Source of the DNA: a virus
Lineage: Duplodnaviria; Caudoviricetes
Strand: one strand, 5' to 3'
Virus record (IMG/VR): IMGVR_UViG_3300028588_000795
Span: 1 to 58,007 of that record
DNA: 58,007 bases
Below are positions 15,876-25,129 of the stretch, one piece after another. Position numbers and translations under genes: made by a program. The notes under the pieces were generated by a model. The model saw only the letters and a program-made list of their open reading frames with translations. It ran no database searches and was not told the origin of the DNA. Positions within the stretch are counted from its first letter, which is position 1; each line of letters opens with the position of its first letter.

Positions 15876-17101
15876 ATCAGATCGATATTTTCGCTGGCGG
15901 TGCGCGGCGGTTGCAGATGACGGAATCGATCGAGCTGACGATCCAGTCGCTGCAGGCCTACGGCGCCGACCACGATCACTGGGGCGTGGCCTGGTCTGGC
16001 GGCAAAGACAGCTCGGCCACGCTGACGCTGCTCATTTACTTGCTGGACACCGGCAAGATCCCGCGCCCAAAGACACTGACCGTCTTTTACGCCGATACGC
16101 GCCAGGAGCTGCTGCCGCTCGCCGCATCGGCGAACCAGATCATGGATGAGTTGGCTGAGCGTGGCATCAAAGTCGAAGTCGTGATGGCGCCGCTGGACGA
16201 CCGCTTCATGGTCTATATCCTCGGCCGCGGCGTGCCGCCGCCGAACAACAACACGCTTCGCTGGTGCACTGGCCAGATCAAAATCGAACCGATGGAGGAG
16301 GCGCTTCGTCGCCACGTCGATCAGTTGGACGGCCAGATCCTGATGATTACCGGCGTGCGCCAGGGCGAGAGCGCGATCCGCGATCGCCGCATTGAGATGA
16401 GTTGCGGGAAGGACGGCGCCGAATGTGGCCAGGGCTGGTATCAGCAGGTCCTGCCGAATGCAAAGGGCCTACGCGGCCGGCTGGCTACCCTTGCGCCGCT
16501 GCTGCACTGGCGTGTGTGCCACGTGTGGGAGTGGCTCAAGCATTGGGCGCCGAGCGCGGAATTCGGCGACTGGAGCACGGCCGCAATCGCGGACGCATAC
16601 GGTGGTGACGAGGCCGAAGAGATCAATGCGCGCACTGGCTGTGTCGGATGCCCGCTCGCCCAAGAGGATTCGGCGCTCGACACCATCCTCAAGAACCCGC
16701 ATTGGACCTATCTGGCGCCGATGAAGGGCGTCAAGGTGCTGTGGCGAGAGCTGCGCGAGCCGCACAACCGCCTGCGCAAGTCCGGTGCCGAGCGCCTCAA
16801 AGACGGCAGCATCGGCAAGAACCCGCAGCGCATGGGGCCGTTGACGCTCGAAGCGCGGCTCATGGGGCTCGAGCGGCTGCTTGCGATCCAGGCCGAGGTG
16901 AACGAAGCGGCGGTCCGACTCGGCCGGCCGAAGGTCGACATGATCAATGCCGAAGAAGAGGCGCGCATTCGCGAGCTGATCGCCCTGAAGACCTGGCCGA
17001 ACAAATGGGACGGGAGCGAGCCGGTCGCGACCACGATCATGGATACCGTCTACCAGAACGGCGCCGTGCAGCCCCGGCTGTTTTCGGAGACCGAGCTATG
17101 A
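15872..17101 (+). CDS. PAPS-reductase family protein (DndC-like)
   Basis: PP-loop WSGGKDSS, RWCTGQIKIEP, GVRQGES..R, RTGCVGC, GPLT. Confidence 0.88.
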   Translation: MNQIDIFAGGARRLQMTESIELTIQSLQAYGADHDHWGVAWSGGKDSSATLTLLIYLLDTGKIPRPKTLTVFYADTRQELLPLAASANQIMDELAERGIKVEVVMAPLDDRFMVYILGRGVPPPNNNTLRWCTGQIKIEPMEEALRRHVDQLDGQILMITGVRQGESAIRDRRIEMSCGKDGAECGQGWYQQVLPNAKGLRGRLATLAPLLHWRVCHVWEWLKHWAPSAEFGDWSTAAIADAYGGDEAEEINARTGCVGCPLAQEDSALDTILKNPHWTYLAPMKGVKVLWRELREPHNRLRKSGAERLKDGSIGKNPQRMGPLTLEARLMGLERLLAIQAEVNEAAVRLGRPKVDMINAEEEARIRELIALKTWPNKWDGSEPVATTIMDTVYQNGAVQPRLFSETEL

Positions 17102-17109
17102 GAGGTCAA

Positions 17110-17754
17110 TTACAGTCGATCGCTCTTAAATCCACGCGCCCTCAAAAACACGAGGCACTCGCCTTGAATGGCGCTGAGTTCTGTGACGTAAAACTGCAGC
17201 TCAGACGAGAGTACATTCCTGATGCCCAGGATGTCCCCAATGCCCAACTCGGCCTTCTCGCTAGTTCGCCGAAGAACCGCGAGTGCGGAAGTGATCTGCA
17301 CACTCAGCGACGCGAGGCGCGCAGCGGCATGATGAGGCAAGTACACAAGCGGCACGAGGTCTTCTCTCGTCCAGAGGCCAGCCCGGTCGATTGTGCTAAT
17401 GCAATCAATGAGAGCCAGTCGAGCATCATCTGGCGCACTCAAGCTACCCGGAAGGGTTTGATTCGCGATCCATATAGCGCTACGAAGATTCGTAATCCAC
17501 GTGGTCATGGACGCTGCCGCAATTATCGCCAAGTCAATCTGCTCTCGCTTCCGTTGACGCTCTGTTGCGGTCGCAAGCCAGATAGTGCCTATCAGAGTCG
17601 CGACAGTGCCGACCGAGCCGACCCACGTTCCCCAGTCGGAAATTGTCATCGGCTGCCAGTTGTGCGCTCGCACCAAGGCATTAACACCCTCGTGCAAAGC
17701 GTAAAGCAGCCAGAGGGACATGATCACAACCCCAAAACGCTCCAGAAGCTTCAT
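17110..17754 (-). CDS. Antisense moron membrane protein (2 N-terminal TM)
   Basis: Hydrophobic N-terminus, DWGTWVGSVGTVATLIGTIWLA followed by TERQRKRE; AT-richer than its flanks. Confidence 0.7.
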   Translation of the reverse strand: MKLLERFGVVIMSLWLLYALHEGVNALVRAHNWQPMTISDWGTWVGSVGTVATLIGTIWLATATERQRKREQIDLAIIAAASMTTWITNLRSAIWIANQTLPGSLSAPDDARLALIDCISTIDRAGLWTREDLVPLVYLPHHAAARLASLSVQITSALAVLRRTSEKAELGIGDILGIRNVLSSELQFYVTELSAIQGECLVFLRARGFKSDRL

Positions 17755-17903
17755 CGTGGACGGAAGTTTTTCAAAACTGAAATGTTAGCACGCGTTAGTT
17801 TCGCATTGTCGAGTCCGCGCTGCGTCGCATACGGCGCACTTCAGGGCCTGCCGCATGCCGGCGGCTGCTCACTCGCTAAATACGTAATTGGGAGGGCCAA
17901 ATA

Positions 17904-18317
17904 ATGCCCGTCATTCAAGTAACCCCGAACAAGAGCGCGACCATCTACGCCGCGGCCTCGATGCTCCACAAGCGCGGTGCGATGACGCGCGACCAACTGT
18001 TCGCCGCGATGGACTTCGGCCCGAAGGGTGGGCGCGAAGAGAAGCTGCGCCAGGCCTTCGACTTCGACTGGCTGCGCGAGACGCCGGCCGGCCAGATCGA
18101 GGTGACGGAATTCGCAGGCCGCCACTTCGACTGCAAGAAGCCGCGCGCCGCCCTGGCCGGCGAACCGACTGCGCCAGCGTACCGCGGCAACGTGTTCGCC
18201 AGCCCGGGCCTGAGCAAGCAGTACATCCCGAACCGCCGCGGCCCGCGCGCGGACGTGCCCGCCTGGTCGGTGCGCGAGAAGTTGAGCATCAAGACCATCG
18301 GCGGAGGTGAGGCATGA
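17904..18317 (+). CDS. Hypothetical protein
   Basis: GGAGG RBS; coupled downstream. Confidence 0.65.
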   Translation: MPVIQVTPNKSATIYAAASMLHKRGAMTRDQLFAAMDFGPKGGREEKLRQAFDFDWLRETPAGQIEVTEFAGRHFDCKKPRAALAGEPTAPAYRGNVFASPGLSKQYIPNRRGPRADVPAWSVREKLSIKTIGGGEA

Positions 18318-18997
18318 AAGAGCGCCCAATCCTCTTCAACGGCCCGATGGTCCGCGCCATCCTGGACGGCAGCAAGACGCAGACGCGGCGGATCCTGAAG
18401 TCGAACTGCCAGGAGATCGGCGAGCGCGACGACGGCAGCCGCTGGCCTTGGTCCGAGCACCCGGATACCGCAGCCGATCACTGGCACGCCTGTCCGCTCG
18501 GCCAGCCCGGCGACCGCCTGTGGGTGCGTGAGACCTGGCTGGAAGACCCGGAGGACGACGGCACCTGGCACTACACCCAGTACATGGGCTGCAAAGGCTC
18601 GTCGCTGTCGGAGATCCCGCGCAAGTTCCAGAAGCCCGACCACTGCATCTACCGCGAGGGCTGGGACGGGCCCGGCCTGACGTGGCGCCCGAGCATCCAC
18701 ATGCCGCGCTGGGCCAGCCGGATCCTGTTGGAGATCACCGGCGTGCGCGTCGAACGGCTGCAGGACATCAGCCGCAAGGACGCGGTCGCCGAAGGTCTGC
18801 ACCGCTACGAGCACGTGTGGCGCGACGCTGAATACCCGCTGGACGACGTCGCCTACGAACCCACGAAGGGCTGGGCGACGCGCTACTCATGCCCGGTCCA
18901 GGCGTACCACGCGCTGTGGGAGAGCATCAACGGCGCCGGCAGCTGGAACGCCAACCCGTGGGTGTGGGTGGTCGAGTTCAAGCGGGTGGCACCATGA
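18314..18997 (+). CDS. ASCH/PUA-like conserved phage protein
   Basis: MKERPILFNGPMVRAILDGSKTQTRR, GDRLWVRETW, PSIHMPRWASR, NPWVWVVEF. Confidence 0.8.
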   Translation: MKERPILFNGPMVRAILDGSKTQTRRILKSNCQEIGERDDGSRWPWSEHPDTAADHWHACPLGQPGDRLWVRETWLEDPEDDGTWHYTQYMGCKGSSLSEIPRKFQKPDHCIYREGWDGPGLTWRPSIHMPRWASRILLEITGVRVERLQDISRKDAVAEGLHRYEHVWRDAEYPLDDVAYEPTKGWATRYSCPVQAYHALWESINGAGSWNANPWVWVVEFKRVAP

Positions 18998-19008
18998 GCG
19001 CCGTCGCC

Positions 19009-19269
19009 CTACTCGTCGGGCAGATCGGCCTCGCCGATCGGTGCCGTACCGGGCCGCTCGTCGATGATCGACTTCGCAATGCGAATGGCTCTGGTTCGCG
19101 CTGCGCCGGGATTGTCGTCCGACGGTTGGACGGCAAAACGAGGCTCTGTGGCTGGCGTGCCGATCAGATTGATCTGCACAGAACAGTGCCATTTGTCGGC
19201 TCCCGACAGGGGATCGCAGTGGGACTCAATTGCGATCTCATAGCCTCGGTACGTGCCCATTCGGTCCAT
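19009..19269 (-). CDS. Small antisense moron protein
   Basis: AAGGAGA RBS 6 nt before ATG 19269; YRGYEIAI...ARTRAIRIAKSIID. Confidence 0.6.
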   Translation of the reverse strand: MDRMGTYRGYEIAIESHCDPLSGADKWHCSVQINLIGTPATEPRFAVQPSDDNPGAARTRAIRIAKSIIDERPGTAPIGEADLPDE

Positions 19270-19301
19270 TGCATATCTCCTTGCAAAAAGGACATCGTAG
19301 C

Positions 19302-19895
19302 ATGACGCGCCGCTCAACCCTCAAGCCGGGCGGCTCACTCAAGCAGCGCAAGCCCATGGCGCCCGGCAAGGGCTTCGGCCCGCGCAAGATAGCGATGTCA
19401 CGCGGCAGCGGATTCAAGACCCCGGCCGCCGGCGCCGGCCTGCTGCGCGTCGCCGCGGTCCAGGCGAAAACGGCATTCCCGCAAAACCGGGAATCGAAGC
19501 TGGCCAAGCCGCGCAGCACCATGAAATCGAAGCGCCCGAAGATGACGCCGATCCGCGCCTCGGCCCAGGGCCAGGAGTGCACGCTCCGCTTCGCCGGCAT
19601 CTGCAGCCGCAACCCGGAAACCACAGTCTGGTGCCACTCCAACCGCCTGGCGGACGGGAAGGGCATGGGCTTGAAGGCGCCCGATCACGAGGGCTGCTAC
19701 GGGTGCTCGCACTGCCATGCATGGCTGGATGGCGGGTATGCGGCCAGCGGCACGCCGCGCGCGGTGGTCGACGCGCGTTTCGATGCGGCTAGGGCTGAGA
19801 GTCAAGAAAAACTGCGGGCCCAGGGCCTGCTCGCGAATAGCGAGACCGCGACGGTTGCAGCCGGCGCGGCCTCTGAACAAATCACCGTGGAGTAA
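19302..19895 (+). CDS. DUF1364/YbcO-like zinc nuclease-fold protein
   Basis: SAQGQECTLR..GIC..NPETTVWCH..GKGMGLK..GCSHCH..LDG. Confidence 0.8.
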   Translation: MTRRSTLKPGGSLKQRKPMAPGKGFGPRKIAMSRGSGFKTPAAGAGLLRVAAVQAKTAFPQNRESKLAKPRSTMKSKRPKMTPIRASAQGQECTLRFAGICSRNPETTVWCHSNRLADGKGMGLKAPDHEGCYGCSHCHAWLDGGYAASGTPRAVVDARFDAARAESQEKLRAQGLLANSETATVAAGAASEQITVE

Positions 19896-19897
19896 TT

Positions 19898-22516
19898 ATG
19901 TCTGCCAACATTTTACAAGAATACAACGTCTTCCTTCGCGACAAGATCAAACTGGCGCCGGCGCGCGGCTTCGATGTGCCTCTCGAGCAGATCAACCCGG
20001 GCCTGAAGCCGCACACCCGCGACATCGTGCGCTGGGCGCTGCAGGGCGGCCAGCGCGCCGTCTTCGCCTCGTTCGGCTTGCACAAGACCAGCACGAACCT
20101 CGAGGTGATGCGCCAGATCGGCATCCGCTTCCCCGATATGTACCGTCTTATCGTGCTGCCGCTTGGCGTGCGCCAGGAGTTCGTGCGCGAGGTGGCGAAA
20201 CGCTTCACCGGCGATTACGCCGTCGACCTGAAGTTCATCCGGTCGGACGACGAGATCGGCGGCCCGGGCACTGTCTACATGACGAACTATGAATCCGTCC
20301 GCGAGGGCAAGATCGACGTCGCCCGCTTCGGAGCGGCATCGCTCGATGAGGCCAGCGTGCTGCGCAGCTACGGCAGCAAGACCTACCAGGAATTCTTGCC
20401 GATGTTTGACCAGGTCGAATTCAAGTTCGTGTTCACGGCCACGCCGAGCCCGAACCGGTTCAAGGAGCTGATCCACTATGCCGGCTTCCTGGGTGTGATG
20501 GACACCGGCCAGGCGCTGACGCGCTTCTTCCAGCGCGACAGCGAGAAGGCCGGGAACCTGACCCTGTACCCACACAAGGAAACGGAGTTCTGGCTGTGGG
20601 TGGCCAGCTGGGCGTGCTTCATCCGCAAGCCGAGCGACCTGGGGCATTCGGACGCCGGCTACGACCTGCCGCCGCTCGAGGTGCACTACCACGAGGTGCC
20701 GAGCGACTACGAGGCGGCCGGCGCCGAGAAGAACGGCCAGGGCCTGCTGATCCCGAATGTTGCCATGGGCCTGTCGGCCGCCGCCGGCGAGAAGCGGCAG
20801 AGCCTGGCTGCGCGCGTCGCCAAGGTGGCGGAGATCGTCGGTGCGGCGCCGGCGGACCACTTCGTGATCTGGCACGACCTCGAGGACGAGCGGCACGCCA
20901 TCCAGGCGGCGCTGCCCGAGGCGATGAGCGTGTGGGGCACGCAGGACCTGGACGTGCGGGAGCAGCGCATCGCCGGGTTCAGCGACGGCGAGTTCCGGAT
21001 CCTGTCGACGAAGCCGATCATCGCCGGCAGCGGCTGCAACTTCCAGGTGCACTGCCACCGCGCGATCTTCGCCGGCATCGGTTTCAAGTTCAACGACTTC
21101 ATCCAGGCCATCCACCGGATCCAGCGCTTCCAGCAGGCGCACCCGGTACGCATCGACATCATCCACACCGAGGTCGAGCGTGCGGTGCTGGCCGAGCTGC
21201 AAGAGAAGTGGCGCCGGCACGACGAAATGCAGGAGAAGATGGGCGAGATCATCCGCTCGTACGGCCTGGACCAGCTGTCGATGCAGGATTCCCTGGCGCG
21301 CACGATCGGTGTCGAGCGACATGTGGTCACCGGCGAGCGCTTCACCGTCGCGAACAACGACTGCGTGCTGGAAGCGCTGCAGCAGCCGGACAACTCGGTC
21401 GGCCTGATCGTCACCAGCATCCCGTTCGCCAACCACTACGAATACACGCCCAGCTACAACGACTTCGGCCACACCCAGGACAACGCGCACTTCTGGTCGC
21501 AGATGGACTTCCTGACGCCGCAGCTGCGCCGGATCCTGCAGCCAGGCCGCATCTATGCCTGCCACGTGAAGGACCGGATCAACTTCGGCAACGTGACTGG
21601 CGCCGGCGTGCCGACCGTCAGTCCGTTCCACGCCGAGGCGCTGTTCCACGGCATGAAGCACGGCTTCGACTACCTGGGCATGATTACGGTGGTGACCGAC
21701 GTGGTGCGCGAGAACAACCAGACCTATCGCCTGGGGTACAGCGAGGTGTGCAAGGACGGCACGAAGATGGGCGTGGGATCGCCCGAGTACATCTTGCTAT
21801 TCCACAAGCCGCAGACCGACCGCAGCCGCGGCTACGCCGATGAGCCGGTGACGAAGGCCAAGCCGCTGTGCCTGGGCGAGGAGGGGGCGGAGGTCCCGTT
21901 CGACCGGCGGCTGCCGCCGGTGCCCGGTACCGGCTACAGCGTCGCGCGCTGGCAGGTCGACGCGCACGCATTCTGGCGCTCGAGCGGCGACCGGTTGCTG
22001 AGCGCGCAGGAGCTGGCCAGCTACGGCCCGGCCAAGCTGGCGAAGATGTTCACCGACCTGTCGCTGGCGAACGTCTACAACTACGAGTACCACGTCGCGG
22101 TCGGCGAGCAGATGCTTGCGAACAAGACCCTGCCGGCCACCTACATGAGCCTGGCGCCGGGCAGCACCGATCCGATGGTATGGCACGACATCGTGCGCAT
22201 GCGCACCCTGAACGGTGAGCAGTCGGCGCGCGCGGTCGAAAGCCACGTCTGCCCGTTCCAGATCGACATCGTCGACCGCCTGATCCAGCGATACAGCAAC
22301 CCGGGCGACGTCGTCTACGACCCGTTCTGCGGCCTGGGCACGGTGCCGGTGCGCGCCATGAAGCTGGGCCGGCGCGGCGCCGGGTCGGAACTGAACCCGG
22401 CCTACTTCGCCGACCAGGTGCACTACTGCCGCGCGATGGAGCGTGAGGTCAGCATGCCGTCGCTGTTCGACATGGAAGCGATGGATGCGGCGCAGCCGGA
22501 GCAGGAGGCGGCATGA
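19898..22516 (+). CDS. SF2 (SNF2-like) helicase domain fused to an N4/N6 DNA methyltransferase
   Basis: FGLHKT, LDEAS, TATPSPN, QAIHRIQRFQQ; MTase TSIPF (motif IV) preceding DPFCGLGT (motif I). Confidence 0.88.
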   Translation: MSANILQEYNVFLRDKIKLAPARGFDVPLEQINPGLKPHTRDIVRWALQGGQRAVFASFGLHKTSTNLEVMRQIGIRFPDMYRLIVLPLGVRQEFVREVAKRFTGDYAVDLKFIRSDDEIGGPGTVYMTNYESVREGKIDVARFGAASLDEASVLRSYGSKTYQEFLPMFDQVEFKFVFTATPSPNRFKELIHYAGFLGVMDTGQALTRFFQRDSEKAGNLTLYPHKETEFWLWVASWACFIRKPSDLGHSDAGYDLPPLEVHYHEVPSDYEAAGAEKNGQGLLIPNVAMGLSAAAGEKRQSLAARVAKVAEIVGAAPADHFVIWHDLEDERHAIQAALPEAMSVWGTQDLDVREQRIAGFSDGEFRILSTKPIIAGSGCNFQVHCHRAIFAGIGFKFNDFIQAIHRIQRFQQAHPVRIDIIHTEVERAVLAELQEKWRRHDEMQEKMGEIIRSYGLDQLSMQDSLARTIGVERHVVTGERFTVANNDCVLEALQQPDNSVGLIVTSIPFANHYEYTPSYNDFGHTQDNAHFWSQMDFLTPQLRRILQPGRIYACHVKDRINFGNVTGAGVPTVSPFHAEALFHGMKHGFDYLGMITVVTDVVRENNQTYRLGYSEVCKDGTKMGVGSPEYILLFHKPQTDRSRGYADEPVTKAKPLCLGEEGAEVPFDRRLPPVPGTGYSVARWQVDAHAFWRSSGDRLLSAQELASYGPAKLAKMFTDLSLANVYNYEYHVAVGEQMLANKTLPATYMSLAPGSTDPMVWHDIVRMRTLNGEQSARAVESHVCPFQIDIVDRLIQRYSNPGDVVYDPFCGLGTVPVRAMKLGRRGAGSELNPAYFADQVHYCRAMEREVSMPSLFDMEAMDAAQPEQEAA

Positions 22517-22998
22517 AAAAGGCGCGGAACAAAAAATACCGTCCGCGCCCGGTCGGCATTGCCGGCGGCCTGAGTGTCATCGGCAAATGCCACGAGCGCG
22601 GACAAGATGCCGCACCTCTGAACGACGGCCAGCTGCAGGACCTGGGCCTGGCGTACTGGCTCAACCTCGAGCAGCTGCGCAGCGGCGCCGCCACCGAAGA
22701 AGCATGGTCGGTCGTCGTCACTGCGCTGAACATCGGCATGGCCCTGGTGGAGAGCGGCGTCGGCGCCGACCACGAGCAGACGTTCAACGACGCGCTGGCC
22801 GGCGCCTTCCGCGCCAAGGGCCGCAGTGTGAACGCGCGGAGCTTCCGCCTTGACGGCGACGCCATGCGGGACATCCAAGCCGCGCTGGCTGTGCACGACC
22901 GGCAGATGGAGATCGCCAGCCGCGCGCAGATCGTTGAGGCGATGAGCCTGGTGCGCCGGCGGATCGACGAAGGCCACGTCTACAAGGATGCCGCTTGA
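22513..22998 (+). CDS. Conserved phage hypothetical protein
   Basis: ATGA coupling; KKYRPRP start. Confidence 0.7.
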   Translation: MKKARNKKYRPRPVGIAGGLSVIGKCHERGQDAAPLNDGQLQDLGLAYWLNLEQLRSGAATEEAWSVVVTALNIGMALVESGVGADHEQTFNDALAGAFRAKGRSVNARSFRLDGDAMRDIQAALAVHDRQMEIASRAQIVEAMSLVRRRIDEGHVYKDAA

Positions 22999-23028
22999 CG
23001 CGGCGCCACTGTATAGAAAGGAAACGAC

Positions 23029-23817
23029 ATGGGAAGCATACTTAATTTGCAAGACAGCACGGCCGGCGCCGGCCTGATGCCTTTCCAGTTCGACGGCCTG
23101 CAGGTGCGAGTCGTCGCCGATGATGAGGGCGCGCCGTGGTTCGTGGCGCAGGACGTTTGCGCCATTCTCGACATCGGCACCGATCAAACCCGGCGCCTGG
23201 ATGAGGATGAGAAGGGTCTGCGTTCAATACAGACCCTGGGCGGCGCGCAGCAGATGGTGGCCGTCAACGAGTCGGGGCTGTATAACCTGGTGCTCGGTAG
23301 TCGAAAGCCGGAGGCGAAGGCGTTCAAGCGCTGGATCACGAAAGAGGTGCTGCCGGAGATCAGGCGCACCGGCGCCTACTCGCTTGCGCCCGCTGCAATG
23401 CCGGCGCTGCCGACGACATTCGCTGAGGCCCTGCGCCTGGCCGCCGACCAGCAGGATGTGATCACAGCCCAGGCCGCGCAGCTGGCCGCCGCCGCGCCAG
23501 CCGTTGAGTTCGTCGAGCGCTACGCAGACTCGACCGGCACGAAGGGCTTCCGCCAGGTGGCCAAGCTTCTGTGCGCGAACGAGAACCAGTTCCGCGAGTT
23601 CCTGATCGAATCGAAGATCATGTACCGCCTCGGCAGGGAGTTGACGCCCCACGCCCAGCACATCGACGCCGGCCGCTTCTGCGTGAAGGCCGGCACTGCG
23701 CAGGTCAGCGGGCATGCATGCAACGCCGCGCGCTTCACCCCAAAGGGCGTGACCTGGGTGGCGGGTGAATGGGCGAAGTGGCAGTTGAAGCAGCGCGAGG
23801 AGGGCGGCCATGCTTAG
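23029..23817 (+). CDS. BRO-N / KilA-C antirepressor-family protein
   Basis: PWFVAQDVC, VNESGLYNLVLGSRKPEAKAFKRWITKEVLPEIRRTG, FAEALRLAAD, FTPKGVTW. Confidence 0.9.
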   Translation: MGSILNLQDSTAGAGLMPFQFDGLQVRVVADDEGAPWFVAQDVCAILDIGTDQTRRLDEDEKGLRSIQTLGGAQQMVAVNESGLYNLVLGSRKPEAKAFKRWITKEVLPEIRRTGAYSLAPAAMPALPTTFAEALRLAADQQDVITAQAAQLAAAAPAVEFVERYADSTGTKGFRQVAKLLCANENQFREFLIESKIMYRLGRELTPHAQHIDAGRFCVKAGTAQVSGHACNAARFTPKGVTWVAGEWAKWQLKQREEGGHA

Positions 23818-24502
23818 CCTCGAAGCCCTGCGCCAGGCCGCCAAGGACGTGCCGGCCGTGCTGGTCCCATCCGACACCCTGAACGAGCTGCTAGACCTGG
23901 CCGAGAAGGTGAAGGCCAAGACCAAGGCGGCGAAGTCCGCCCGGGAGGTCGACCCGAACGACGAGAAATGCGCGCGCTGGCTGTTCGGCGTGGTGCAGAA
24001 GACGGCGCCCAAGGCCCGTGAGCCGAACTTCAACACCTGGGCCGATGACGTGCGCAAGATGCGCGAGCGCGACGACCGAACCCACAAGGAAATCTGCGAG
24101 TTGTTCAAGTGGGCGCACGAAGACCGCTTTTGGTGCGCGAACATCCTCTCGCCGGCGAAGCTGCGCGAGAAGTGGGACCAGCTATCGATCCTGCGCGCCA
24201 AGTCGCTCGAGCCGAAGAAGCCGGCCGGGAACTGGTGGGCGAGCGACGCCACGCGCCTGGCCAAGGCCATCGAGGTCGGTGTCGGGCCGGCGCACTTCGG
24301 CGAGTCGGCCGCCAGCTGGGAGGCGCGCATCCGGGTCGCGATCGACAACGGCGGCAAGCCGCCTGCGCCGCCGCGCCTGGCGCAGATCGTCACGCCGCCG
24401 CCCGCCGCGCCGGCGCTGGAGCAAAGCCCTGAACCGCCGCGCCGCGCCGGTCGGCCCGAAGGCCTCACGAAGATGCTGCGCGACCTAGGCCGGGCCGCAT
24501 GA
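23810..24502 (+). CDS. Replication protein O-like C-terminal domain only
   Basis: PNFNTWADDVRKMRERDDRTHKEICELFKWAHEDRFWCANILSPAKLREKWDQL resembles the lambda O C-terminus; only ~50 aa precede the conserved region. Confidence 0.8.
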   Translation: MLSLEALRQAAKDVPAVLVPSDTLNELLDLAEKVKAKTKAAKSAREVDPNDEKCARWLFGVVQKTAPKAREPNFNTWADDVRKMRERDDRTHKEICELFKWAHEDRFWCANILSPAKLREKWDQLSILRAKSLEPKKPAGNWWASDATRLAKAIEVGVGPAHFGESAASWEARIRVAIDNGGKPPAPPRLAQIVTPPPAAPALEQSPEPPRRAGRPEGLTKMLRDLGRAA

Positions 24503-24768
24503 GCACGGAACCCGGCGACATCTGCGCCCAGTGCAAGCACTTCCGCATGAAGGAATACCCGGATCACGCCCGGGTTGGCCTGGGCCGCTGCATGGGCTAC
24601 GACAAGGCCATACACCAGCTGCGCAACCCGTTCGTACCGTGGCGCACGAAGGCGTGCGTGCGCTTCGACCGGGACTGGGCCAAGAAGGCAGAGCGCGAGG
24701 ACTGGATCGAGCGGCGCCGCGCGCAAGAGCAAAACAACATCGCAGTTCAAACCGAAACGAAAGGATGA
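24499..24768 (+). CDS. Cys-containing hypothetical protein
   Basis: CAQCKHF..GRC..C; coupled. Confidence 0.65.
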   Translation: MSTEPGDICAQCKHFRMKEYPDHARVGLGRCMGYDKAIHQLRNPFVPWRTKACVRFDRDWAKKAEREDWIERRRAQEQNNIAVQTETKG

Positions 24769-24769
24769 C

Positions 24770-25129
24770 ATGCAGGCCACAGCGATGACGAGCATGGGCA
24801 TAAACAGACGCCTGGCGGAGCTACTGGGCTGGACGGAGATTGTGAATGTCGGCGGCGCTTGGCTGGGTCGGCCGCCGGGCGGATCGCCGCGATCGCGCGA
24901 TCAGGCGCTCGTGCCGGACTGGTCGGGCGACTGGGCCGCTTGCGGGCCGCTCTTGGCGCGCTACGTCCGCCGACTGCAGCTGTGGCCGCACCGCGTAATC
25001 GCCGGCGCGACCTCGCCATCGGTCGACGACTGCGACTTCATGCAGGATCGCGAGGACGGCCAGGATGATGCCGCGCTGCGCCGGGTGATCGTGGCTGCAG
25101 TGATCCGCAAGCTGGAGATGCGCGGATGA
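24770..25129 (+). CDS. NinX/DUF2591-like protein
   Basis: LAELLGW...PDWSGDWAACGPLL. Confidence 0.55.
   Translation: MQATAMTSMGINRRLAELLGWTEIVNVGGAWLGRPPGGSPRSRDQALVPDWSGDWAACGPLLARYVRRLQLWPHRVIAGATSPSVDDCDFMQDREDGQDDAALRRVIVAAVIRKLEMRG

Noticed and set aside
19913-21661. 582-aa minus-strand ORF
   Set aside because: Antisense shadow of the GC3-rich helicase-methyltransferase; no motifs or RBS.
23224-24801. 525-aa minus-strand ORF
   Set aside because: Spans several well-supported + strand genes; low-complexity Arg/Ala/Ser translation.
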